A DNA stretch of 63,938 bases, the filler included, from Octopus bimaculoides (taxonomy: Eukaryota): the NCBI RefSeq assembly GCF_001194135.2. It is 7 parts of 7 records of this genome, joined end to end, with 100 filler letters (N's around TTAATTAATTAA, not from the genome) between each part and the next. Parts side by side here need not be neighbours in the genome. Positions count along the whole stretch, not along the records: positions 1 to 29,950 come from NC_068982.1; 6 more parts are not named here. One strand, given 5' to 3'. Under the pieces are notes generated by a model. The model ran no database searches and had not been told where the DNA came from. It worked only from the letters and a program-made list of their open reading frames with translations. Below are positions 11,831-24,289 of the stretch, one piece after another (the stretch's first letter is position 1; each line of letters begins with the position of its first letter). Both the position numbers and the translations under genes were made by a program.

Positions 11831-14447
11831 AAAAGGAATGATGAGAATGACCATGTCCATTTTTGTAGTATTTTTACCGTATGCCAGGAAATGTACATCC
11901 AAATGTATGTTTACTATATTTATTGCTTGAGTATATTAGGATGTCAAGGCATTTATGCATGTAAGACAAAACAGAGGTTTTATAGATGCGGAACATACGA
12001 CCGCAAATTTCTATAGATGATTTTTGACGAATCAACTTTTTAAATAGTATATTGCTTTCAGAGTGACATTTAGACCTCACTAACTTTCATCGTAACATTT
12101 TATAACCAAGTAATAGATGACTCGATAGATATTTTGTTTCTGTGACTGAATTATGTTTACAGTTTCATTTGTAATTACCTAGGAATGTTTGAAACAAGCA
12201 TTAATGCAAGGAATCAAAATTCTAATAAATTCTGTAATCTATATTTTCTTTCTAGACGTGTATGTAAGGAAATGTTATGAGTAGAAGAAACCCATCTCAC
12301 GGTTAATTTCATTTACTTGATTTCCATTTGTTCCTTTTCTTTTTACTCGGGAGAGATTTCTCTTTAATTTCATTTATGTTTAAGTGTTATACGTAACCAA
12401 CCTCCAGCAATGTAATGTCAGCAGTAAAGTCATTAGCTAACCACATTAACAATAAAAGTTACTAATTTTACTGAGTTCGCTGTTGTCCCCTCTAATTGAA
12501 TATCTCTACTTATCAATACTCAATAATTTTTTAATGTATATACCTGCATACGTAATGAGATATCATTAAACACAGTAGAAATCATACATGGGTAGAAAAT
12601 CTTATCCTATAGATGTCTTTGAGCTTAGCTTGGTGTTGTTTGATAATAAAAATGTAGTTGACCTCGTCTGTTTTTTACATCTTAGATATCCAAAATATCC
12701 AAGTCACATAGAAATAAATTCGCCTCAACAGATATAGTCCTATAGAGACAATACAATGCATACATTATAACACACTAAACAATATACATATTATATACAA
12801 TGAGAAAAACAATAATAATACTATAATTAAGTGCAGCCTGAAAATAATTATTACATTTAATAGTATTAAATTCCATAGATGTTTCCCTCAACCTAACAAG
12901 CCATATAGCAAATTCAAGAAAACTTTATATTATCATAGAATCCTATCATCCGCATATGATTAAAAATTTTTTTATCAATAATATCAGTAGAAGAAACTCT
13001 AACCTCTTATTAAGACCCTACTTTTCTGCAGCATTACTAGCTACCGGTTTGAAAGAGAATGATTAAATCTCCAACACAGATCAACAATCATCAATAAAAT
13101 ATGCCATAATATCTGGTTGACATTTTAATTTTCTTTAAATCTTTAACATGACTAAACAATTCTTCACCTTATTAAATAAAAACTTCCCATTCATTAGCGA
13201 TAACAGAAATTATTCAATAAATAGAACCAGAAGTCAAATTGAAGCTGTATCATTGAGAAAAATTTTATAACGATTAATGCGAGAAAAACGTTCACGTCGA
13301 ACTTTAAACGTAGAAATTCATGTATAAGCCATCTTAATGAGTCATATACCGTCCAGGCAATAATCCACGAGGGTGAACTCACTGCCTCCAGTTCAAATAT
13401 AAATGCTGTGTATACCATAAACAATGGATGGTGTTCCAATATCTTCCAAGATACATTTCTATCATACTTCTTACTTTACAGTTGTAGAAAAGGAGGATGA
13501 TACCGAAATAAGTAATTAGATCAAAACTGCAAAGAGTCCGGTACTGTATTCGCCATGAAGTGGGAAAAAGTCAGATAATCTAAAACTTAAATTTATCGTT
13601 CAAAACCTACTACGGGCTGTGCACAGTTGAAAAGTACAAAATATTAAAGATATTCAAAAGGTTCTCATTCTAAATGCAGAGATCTTCAATAGATTTTAAC
13701 AGTTTGTTAAGTATTTGCTGAGACACTACACTGCCACCTAACTGAGTCTTATAATACTTAACCATTTAGCAAGAGCGATCATATCCTCTGTATTCCCTCT
13801 TTGATGACAAAATATACGGAAATTTAAAGAGAGACACTCTACTTCCCAATCTCACATTGAAAAGAATTGTCAGTTATTGTTATCAACTCACTAAAACAAA
13901 TCGTATAATCTTCTTATTTCTTGACTCACATTAATTTTTATAATCTGTTTGTTTTTTTCCTTTATTTAACCTTTTTTTACTCAATCCAAGGGAAATAACT
14001 TACCACTAAGAATTAATTTTAATTTGTAATTGAGTGACAGACCGTTCTATAACTCCATTTCACAATCCAAGAGTCGAAGTTTTGTATACTTGTCAAATAA
14101 TTCCTAGCAAAAGTTTAAGCGGTTTTATGTCAGTCACGATATTCATTCTAAACTTCTAAGTATAAAAATTTAAGTGATGTTAAATAATCACTTGCATTGC
14201 ATTTATCATAAAATATTCCTCTATTTTACATTAGTATAGGTATAGCATACTGTTAGTTTATACACACACACACACACAAATGCGCGCGCGCACGCACACA
14301 CACGCACACACGCATACATGTTTGATTGTATGTATATTTATGTCTGTATGCGAGTGCTTATAGTTAGAAACAAACACACATACACACACACAAACAAATA
14401 CAAAAATACACACAGGGGACACATATTCGCATATTCATGCACACGTA

Positions 14448-14512
<65 letters not shown>

Positions 14513-15412
14513 CGTTAGATAATTATATATTTTATATCAATTAACATTAATTGCTACCATAGCCATATTTTTAGCATTATATATGCTGATTTCTTTCATA
14601 ACTATTTTATTTTTTCATGCAGATGTTGCAGCTTCAGACATAATTACATCTAAAAAAATAAACAGCCTTGTTTTTTCTTTGCTTTTCACGTAATTGGGAT
14701 CGATAAATTCAGTCATGTATTGATGCCATGTTAATCAACTATAAATACCACCTCTGCAGACTCCTGGCCTTCTTACATCACTGTTGTTGTTGTCGTTGTT
14801 ATTTTCATTGTCTCTACCTGCTGCTGGTGTTGTTTCTGTCAAGCCGGCTGTTGTTGTTATATTACTAAATTATCGATTGCAAAAAAGAAATATATAATTG
14901 ACAAGCAGAGTTCAATTTAACACTATCGACTCGTTGATTTCATAGTAGAAAAAAAGAATCCAGAAGTAGCTGATATTGAACTTAATCACGATAAATTCAA
15001 AGAATAAAAATAAGATTATCGTTGCTTATCATTTCTATTCCAGCCTCATACAAAGATGCAAATTAGTATTTCATTGTTAGATAAGCAATCAGATGTAGCT
15101 TTAGTTCTTAACTCAGTCTGCATGGAAAAGTTCTGTATTCAAATTGTTAGTCCACTGATGAATTTGCCTACAGACTTTTTCAGATAAGAGTGATGTGTTT
15201 ATAGGCATGTGCGGTGTGCCTGTGTGTGAGTGTGTGTGCGTAGGTAAGCGTGTACGCGTGCGTAAGTATGTGTGTGCGCGTTCGTGCATCCGTGTATTGC
15301 TTCACATGAAAATATATATAAAAAAACATACACAGACACTCGTTCTCACAATGTATACTAATGTATTCGATCACAACATACACAAACACATACACGCTAT
15401 CACATACGCATA

Positions 15413-15458
<46 letters not shown>

Positions 15459-15509
15459 TTTAATGATAGATAGATAGATAGATAAGAATGTATGTATGCA
15501 TATATATAC

Positions 15510-15552
<43 letters not shown>

Positions 15553-16344
15553 TGTGTGTGTGTGTGTGTGCGTGTGTGTGTGCGTGCGTGTGTGTACGTA
15601 TGGGGGCAGTAAAATTGTGTTAAGAGGAAAAAATTAGAATGCCCAGGGGCAGGAATTAGAAGAAAACGACGAATAAGAATATACCAAATAACATAGTGAG
15701 CAAATTTTTGATTTATTGAAATTATCCCGTTACCACAGAGAATAGATCAACTGCGTGTTGGCAGCTGACACAAATGCTTTCTTGAGAAGAGTACATAACC
15801 TCAACAATAAAGAACACGCATACATACATACATACATACATGCATGCATACATACATACATGCATACATACATACATTGATGCATGCATGCATGCATACA
15901 TACATACATACATACACACATACATACATTGATGCATACATATTTTCAGGCCCAGCATTTTTCTTGACGAATGCAAAGAAAATGTTTCTCAGTACATAAT
16001 ATAGACGATGCAGTTAATTTCAATTGAATTACATTTTGAATGTGCGAGTTTTACACCACAGAGTTTTCGTTTGTGTGGCATGAAAATCAAGTTACAAAAT
16101 CTCGTGTATGTATATGGGTATAAGTGTAGCTATATATCTAAAAAAACCCTCTCTCTCACACGCTTTCTCTCTTTCTTTTTCTCTCTCTCTCTCTTTTTCT
16201 CTCTCTATCTCTCTCTGTCTCCCTCTACACCCCCCACATATATATATATATATATATATATANNNNNNNNNNNNNNNNNNNNNNNNNNNNNNNNNNNNNN
16301 NNNNNNNNNNNNNNNNNNNNNNNNNNNNNNNNNNNNNNNNNNNN

Positions 16345-17700
16345 TATATGGAGTGCTTCAGGTAACTGTATTGGGGTCGCTACTGTTCACAGTAGCTATT
16401 TCAGACGTGCTATCAATTTCACAGACAGCTACATTTACTAGGTATGCAGACGACACAAAAGCAGTACAAGCTGTCAAAGAACCTTTTGATGCAATTTTAG
16501 ATGGTGCAGGTCGTTATTGAGCCACCTAATATGACTCCCAGAAGGCTGTAATTTCGCTGATAGTAAACCCGGACGGAAACACATACGAGCAAGGTTGAAA
16601 CTTAAACACGTCTATTTGTAGCTACACGTACATACACAATGGAATGACGAACAGAACAGTTGGTGTGTAAAGGTCTTGGTCTTCTGTGCTATGCTCCTAT
16701 CTGCTTGCTGGCCTGAGGCCTAAGATAGAGCCAGTCAAGTTATGTCCGCATAGATTGCGTGTCCAAGCAGAAAAAGAGAAAGGTATGAGGTCACGTGTCT
16801 GTACCTCAATGCTGTGTAGTGCCCTTTATCTGTATAGCCAGCTTGTTTACCCGCTGTCAAGAGAGGTAATGCGCCTACACTATCTACAGAAAGACCTAAA
16901 TTCCATATATAAATGGGCTGTAGAATGCTATTTAATGCAGGTAAATTCCAAGCTAAAGTTTGGTTCTCACAAACTGCAACAACGGTAATTAGGACCAAAT
17001 GGAGCAGCAGTCCAAGAATCATATACAGTGACCTCGGGATTGATATGAGCAACGATGACTCGTTTCACGTACTTATCCCCAAGATTGTGACAATGTGCAG
17101 GCGAATGGCCGGATGAATTCTGAGAACCTACCGAACAAGAGACCAGTAAACTAATCTGGTTCTTTGGAGCACATTTGTATTCAGCCGTCTGGTCTACTGG
17201 TCTCAACTGTGGCCACCCTATATTGTCAAATTCATAGCAGAACTTGAGGCAGTTCAGCGGTGCTACAGCGGGAAGATTGCATCAATGGAACAGCTGGGCT
17301 ACTGGGAGAGCTGAAAGAGCTACGACTCTACTATTTGGATCGAAGACGAAGGAGGTATGCAGTCATATACGTATGGACGATCCTGGAGGAGTTGGCACCA
17401 AACTTTCGCATCGAGAGCTATACCAGCCCCCGAACTGGACGTCACTGGACATTTGCAAAGGACCCAGCTCTCCTATCTAGAGTGAGGACTATGTTACTAC
17501 AATAGCTTGTGATTCACGGACCCACAGCTATTCAACGCCTTCCTAAAAAATTTGAGGGATCTTCATGGAGTAGGTATAAATGTTTTCAGGAAACATCTTG
17601 ACCTCCTGCTATCCAAGGTCTAGATGAACAGGAATCTATACCAAGGTTGGAAACTCAGAAGAGGGCAGCAGTGTCAAACTCCCACCTTGAACAAAAGCCA
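16345..17700 (+). mobile_element. CR1-clade LINE RT and 3' fragment, interrupted by an insertion of about 385 bp
   Basis: GVLQVTVLGSLLF..YADDTK, LQKDLNSIYKWA, DLGIDMSND, SQLWPPY..ELEAVQR, LKELRLYYLDRRRRRYAVIYVW. Confidence 0.85.
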
Positions 17701-19029
17701 ATCACCTGATATTGGCCATTGAAAAGGTGATGACATTGGCGGTGCTCCAGCATGACCGCAGCCTAAGGGCTGAAACATATAAAGGAATAAAAGAATATAT
17801 ATNNNNNNNNNNNNNNNNNNNNNNNNNNNNNNNNNNNNNNNNNNNNNNNNNNNNNNNNNNNNNNNNNNNNNNNNNNNNNNNNNNNNNNNNNNNNNNNNNN
17901 NNNNNNNNNNNNNNNNNNNNNNNNNNNNNNNNNNNNNNNNNNNNNNNNNNNNNNNNNNNNNNNNNNNNNNNNNNNNNNNNNNNNNNNNNNNNNNNNNNNN
18001 NNNNNNNNNNNNNNNNNNNNNNNNNNNNNNNNNNNNNNNNNNNNNNNNNNNNNNNNNNNNNNNNNNNNNNNNNNNNNNNNNNNNNNNNNNNNNNNNNNNN
18101 NNNNNNNNNNNNNNNNNNNNNNNNNNNNNNNNNNNNNNNNNNNNNNNNNNNNNNNNNNNNNNNNNNNNNNNNNNNNNNNNNNNNNNNNNNNNNNNNNNNN
18201 NNNNNNNNNNNNNNNNNNNNNNNNNNNNNNNNNNNNNNNNNNNNNNNNNNNNNNNNNNNNNNNNNNNNNNNNNNNNNNNNNNNNNNNNNNNNNNNNNNNN
18301 NNNNNNNNNNNNNNNNNNNNNNNNNNNNNNNNNNNNNNNNNNNNNNNNNNNNNNNNNNNNNNNNNNNNNNNNNNNNNNNNNNNNNNNNNNNNNNNNNNNN
18401 NNNNNNNNNNNNNNNNNNNNNNNNNNNNNNNNNNNNNNNNNNNNNNNNNNNNNNNNNNNNNNNNNNNNNNNNNNNNNNNNNNNNNNNNNNNNNNNNNNNN
18501 NNNNNNNNNNNNNNNNNNNNNNNNNNNNNNNNNNNNNNNNNNNNNNNNNNNNNNNNNNNNNNNNNNNNNNNNNNNNNNNNNNNNNNNNNNNNNNNNNNNT
18601 ATATATATTAATACACATATAATGCTTAAACACTATACAGATACATCCAATGTATTTAATATAATATATTTAATAGGGTGCCGATTTATATGTCGCTACA
18701 CTCTACTATATCATAACTACAATGCAATAACCATAGCTGTAATGAATTTGCCTAGAAAGAAATTGGCTAAAGTGGCTGTTCTGAAGAACATTTTCAGAAT
18801 GATAAAAAAGCAAACATTTCGCTGATATTTCAAAATTTCATTCAATACTCGACAACTGGTTTTACAGTTAAAATAGTAACCTGATCGCCCATATTATTAT
18901 GCAATTAATATATGAAAATACGATGGTAATTAATTTGAATGAGATAACTGATACGCATATTAAGTCATACACAAATTGAAGCATACATGATACACATACG
19001 CGCGCGCACGCACACACTCATATATGTGT

Positions 19030-19226
19030 GAGATCGCTGACCACTACATTAATATTTTTTTCTCCTTGTTTCTCTCTTTGTTTCCTTCTGTGTTCCTGTC
19101 AGTTGAAGGGCGTAGGCTCGAAACGTCAAAGACTTTCTCTATTCCCGAGCGTTAAACTAATACATCCATTTGTTGTTTACACCACCTGTCTTCGTCTGTT
19201 GTTTTTTTCGTAAATTCTCCCATATA
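19030..19226 (+). mobile_element. Short repeat ending at (TA)n; probable Penelope-like pseudo-LTR
   Basis: Same sequence recurs at about 34040-34096, 37440-37580 and 46258-46306, always ending ..AATTCTCCC/ACATTCTCCC just before a TA-rich tract. It carries a GAGC-GTAG-GCTC-GAAAC type motif. PLE identity is inference. Confidence 0.6.
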
Positions 19227-19519
19227 ATATGTATGTGAATATATATATATATATATATATATAGTAAAAGAAAGAGAGAGAGAGAGAGGGAGAGAGAGAA
19301 AGAGATGAGGACAGACAAATAGGCAGACAGACGGACAAATATACACACAGAGATACATATATATTTAAGCACAAAGAGACATATATAAATATATAAATAT
19401 GTTTAGACAAACACATCGTTAAATAGATAACTATATGTGTTCAGATGCATATACCCTGATATTTATATATAGAAACATACATACACACGTATGCACATAT
19501 ACATATATCCATATCTATA

Positions 19520-19583
<64 letters not shown>

Positions 19584-19589
19584 CATCTA

Positions 19590-19621
<32 letters not shown>

Positions 19622-20429
19622 NNNNNNNNNNNNNNNNNNNNNNNNNNNNNNNNNNNNNNNNNNNNNNNNNNNNNNNNNNNNNNNNNNNNNNNNNNNNNNN
19701 NNNNNNNNNNNNNNNNNNNNNNNNNNNNNNNNNNNNNNNNNNNNNNNNNNNNNNNNNNNNNNNNNNNNNNNNNNNNNNNNNNNNNNNNNNNNNNNNNNNN
19801 NNNNNNNNNNNNNNNNNNNNNNNNNNNNNNNNNNNNNNNNNNNNNNNNNNNNNNNNNNNNNNNNNNNNNNNNNNNNNNNNNNNNNNNNNNNNNNNNNNNN
19901 NNNNNNNNNNNNNNNNNNNNNNNNNNNNNNNNNNNNNNNNNNNNNNNNNNNNNNNNNNNNNNNNNNNNNNNNNNNNNNNNNNNNNNNNNNNNNNNNNNNN
20001 NNNNNNNNNNNNNNNNNNTGGTATTCTTTGGTCCAGTGGTAGAGAGAGTGCGTGTGTGTGTGCCTGTGTATTTGAAAGGTGTGTCAGTGGGAAGGGGAGG
20101 GAAGAAGATTCTGTTTACTGTTTACAGTTGGTCAGTTCCTGCTGTGACAAGTTCATGGTATTCTTTGGTCCAGTGGTAGAGAGAGTGCGTGTGTGTGTGT
20201 GTATGTGTGCGCGCGCGCGTGCGTGTGTGTCTGAAAAGGGGTGTAAAAGGGAAGGAAGGAATTGTGATCATATCTATACAGCTGGTTAGTTCAAAACAAG
20301 TTAGGAGAGAAATATGAGAACCTAGGTAACTGGGTTCAATTCTTGTTGGTACAAAAATGTCCCACTATCTGGGTTTCTTGCCGTTTTTTAAGGGTCTGTT
20401 GTTCCAAGATGGGTTGTGATCTGCATGTT

Positions 20430-20625
20430 TCAGCCATTCAGTTTTGGTGAGAATTTTGCTATGAAGTATTTCTCCATATTTTTCCTGAAGGAGATATCGT
20501 TTCTTGAGCTTTTATAGAAGGAAAAGATCTTAAATTTTCCTTCCCCGCATGTTCCTAGTTGTTCACTCAGTGGAATTTTCCGTGGTTCCTCCTGTCGGAC
20601 ATGTTGTCGGTGAATTCTGTATATA
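20430..20625 (-). pseudogene. Penelope-like element GIY-YIG endonuclease C-terminal fragment
   Basis: RIHRQHVRQEEPRKIPLSEQLGTCGEGKFKIFSFYK..RKNMEKYFIAKFSPKLN* matches the PLE endonuclease C-terminus pattern; truncated at a (TA)n tract. Confidence 0.75.
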
Positions 20626-21280
20626 TATATATATACAGAATCATACTTGCACACATTTACCAGCATTTTTCTACATTTACAAACGCACATACGTATACTC
20701 TTACTATCCATTTCAGAAATACGTACATATGTACATACATAGAAACATATTCAAATGTAGATGAATATACACTCAATGAAATTCATAAATTATAGAAAAA
20801 TATGTTGGAAATGAAATAAAATGTTACAATTAATGCTATAAAATAAATATTAGATGGAATAAATTAGAATGGAAGATTATAATACAAAATAGAATGCACA
20901 ATTAATTATAGATGGAGAACATAACTTATAAGAGCATTTATGAAAGCTATTCTATGTTAACAAATTTCTTATTTTTTCTATTAGACTTAATAATTTTATC
21001 TAAGCTGTTACATTTCTTGTCATTAATGCTAAGATATATTTTGTTTCTTTCGGATAATTAGAAAAAAATATTGAAATGCTGTTAGCTAATAGCAATCTCA
21101 CGTTATTAATCCATCTCAGAACCCACTATTGGATAACTTTGACTCAGATTTATTGGATCTAGTATCAAACAATAAGATTTAAAACATCAAATCGTTTCCG
21201 AAATCACTATATAAAAATTCCTCACCATAACAATTCAAATATTTTACATGTAATTTCTGATATACGTATGTGTGTGTATG

Positions 21281-21321
<41 letters not shown>

Positions 21322-21721
21322 TCTATTTGCGAGGTTAAACATGAAGAACTCATTATCAGCTTAATATAAAATTTATATTATAGAACGTTAAGAAAACTTG
21401 GTTGCACGTAAGTAGTTATGTACGTTTTAAATTATATAAATAAAAAAAAGAGTACAAATTGGTTACACAACTTTAGAGAATACAGCTGAACCTGTTAGGC
21501 CAAGAGCTCCTTTGTTTAAAATTAAGGATCATTAAATAGGAGTTCTTACACTTACGCCAATTCACCGTCCTATACTGATATTTAAAATCCCGTAATAAGT
21601 TTTCGATATGTAGCATGACAATAAACGTAGTGAAGTATATACTACCTGTCGTGCTATTTAGCTATATGCTTCTATATATGTGTGTATCTATGTGTATATC
21701 TATGCACACACACAAATATAC

Positions 21722-21767
<46 letters not shown>

Positions 21768-21862
21768 ATAGAAAAGGTAAGACAACAAAAGAAAGAAAGA
21801 GACCTCGATATTGTGTAAATAGAGGAATTTATCTGTAAATAATATGTGACAATTATTCGGTA

Positions 21863-21932
21863 GCCATGATAAAACTCCGAGTTTCGGATGCCAGGGCGGA
21901 AACCCACACCGCCGTCTCTTCAGTTAACTGGC
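21863..21932 (-). ncRNA. Type I hammerhead ribozyme motif (PLE pseudo-LTR type)
   Basis: GCCAGTTAA-CTGAAGA-stem II(GACGGCGG..CCGCC..CATCC)-GAAAC-TCGGAG-T-T-TTATCATGGC. Core boxes are in the correct order, and stems I, II and III can be drawn. Confidence 0.7.
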
Positions 21933-22825
21933 CATCGAAATAAATGCTATAAAAATGACCGTTAAACAAAAGGAAATTACTTGACCGTTATTAAGACAAA
22001 AGAGCTATTAAAATGACCGCTAAGTGAGGGGAGGGAGTAAAGGTCAGGGAGTGAAAATGTCTATAGTATTCGCGTTAGCGCACCAGTCCATACATACACA
22101 TGCGCGCTGCACACCCACGTACATGCTCTTATATGTATATACACATCCACCCTCGCTTGAAACACACAATGCTCACCCACACATTCGCCAAAAATATATA
22201 CATACCTTCAAACACGCTGGCACACAAACACACGCGCGCAACATGCTCCCACACATACACACGCACGCAAAAAAGGTTCATACACACGTCTATATACGCA
22301 CACTCTCGGATGCACGCACACACACGTCTATATACGCACGTACCCGCACACAAGCACACATCCATAAGCGCGCACAAAAGGTTCCATGTACACGTCTATA
22401 TACGTACAGGAAAAATCCAGGGTGGAAGGTAGAATACAGAAACATATGTGTAAAAAATATATGAGCGATAAACTTATAAAACAATATCTCTATAAATATG
22501 TAAAAAATATCGAAAAAATATATAAGAAATATAAGTAAAAAAAAAATAAAGAGATAAAAAGCTTGTACATAGACACAATATAAAAAGCAAGTCCTATCTG
22601 TAATCTCGAGGGGGGCCAAAAACGTAACAAATGTTTAGCCACATGTGGACATGATCCGAAAAGTTCAGTTCTTGAATTTAGACATGTGGCGGGGTCTAAG
22701 CTGCTTTCCAGATGAGCCATCTTTCCATATCACAAAGACCGCACTTTTCGCTGCCGTTGGTGTAGGCCTTACACTTAGCTAAGATCTTCCAATGGATGTT
22801 GCAACTGACACCTTTATCTTTTATG

Positions 22826-22895
22826 GCCAGATAACTGAAGAGATGGCAGCGGGAATTTCCGCCCCGACATCCGAAACTTGCATTTTTTTTGTTTT
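22826..22895 (+). ncRNA. Second, 3'-degenerate hammerhead motif (inverted homolog of 21863-21932)
   Basis: GCCAGATAA-CTGAAGA-GATG..GCGG..CCGC..CATCC-GAAAC-TTGCATTT. Confidence 0.55.
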
Positions 22896-23144
22896 TTTAC
22901 GTCGTTTTTCTTTGAACTCACTATATATATATATATNNNNNNNNNNNNNNNNNNNNNNNNNNNNNNNNNNNNNNNNNNNNNNNNNNNNNNNNNNNNNNNN
23001 NNNNNNNATATTGTACATCTATATAAGTATAAAGGTGATAGTGTGAATGTGGAAATTTATCGTGCTTTATCACCCGTCTCTGTAACAGAAAAATCCTCTC
23101 TAGGGTTATCTTAAACGGAATTAACATTAACTTAGTCGGTTCTG

Positions 23145-23410
23145 TCTATTCAGTGAGTCAATGTGGCTTTAGGCCAGGTCGAGAGACAGTGGATACGATA
23201 TTGAGTTTGCAACACGGTTAGGAGAAAGCTGCAGAGCACAATAAAGACCTCTATTTGATATTGTTTGACTTTACAAGAGCACTTAACTCTATGATGCAGA
23301 CTTTGTGGGACGTTTTAACAAAACTCGGGATTCCGGAAAAAATGCTAAATGTCATAATGTCCCTACATAAATAATTGAAGGCATTTGTTCTCTCTAATGG
23401 CAATCAATGA
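23145..23410 (+). pseudogene. RTE-clade reverse transcriptase fragment
   Basis: ESQCGFRPGRETVDTI..DLYLILFDFTRAL..LWDVLTKLGIPEKMLNVIMSLH, with in-frame stops. Confidence 0.8.
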
Positions 23411-24289
23411 TACATGCGACAGGTTATACTGGATTAATGCTACCAGTAGCACTCAAGAGCGATCTGACATACATACATACATACATACATACACACACTC
23501 ACTCGTATCGTTAACGGATACATGAGTATTCAGAACATTGCAATTTGTACATTGATTTCACTGGGGAAACATAATAGATTTGAAAATATAGCTGAAAAAT
23601 TGACTTCTCTTGAAGTGAATATGAAATAAAATAGTTGCTGTGTATTATTTGACGCAATACAGAGGCGTATTATTGGACAAACTGGGAGGCTTTGGCTGTT
23701 CGGCTCTTCGTAGCAAAACAGTTAATGTTGATTTTTAACAAAAAGAAAACTTAAACAGACGATCAAATTGACCTCAACACATGTAGTCATTAATGTTTTG
23801 AAGCCAAGTAATAGTAAAATAATTGGTCTCTATAACATCCGAAATCTTTTTCAAGAACCTTACAACTTTTCTCCCGTAACAGACATTATTAACGGATATT
23901 AAGTAACTTTCATTTTGTAATGAATTGCAACGATTTGTAGGAGAATAGCTACGTATTAGTTTTCTTGACAATCAGCTTCACTTTCAGCATTATCTGCAAC
24001 CAACAAGTTGTAAATATATTTTGTTACGTGATATGTGTATATATAAACATTGAAAAAAAGGATACTGTATTTTCATCTTGTAAGTGTTATTAAGAGTTTC
24101 GTGAAACAGCTCTTAAGTAAGTTCTGCGAATGACGGTTACCGTATATCCTTTTATATTTATTTCACATAGGATAGTAGCAGGAGGTTAACTATATAACTG
24201 GTCATAGAGTGACAAATGATTTTGCATCAATAAAGCGCTTAGCCTTATAGGTCTATGGGGTTAAGCGCTTTATGGATGTGTCTGTGTGT

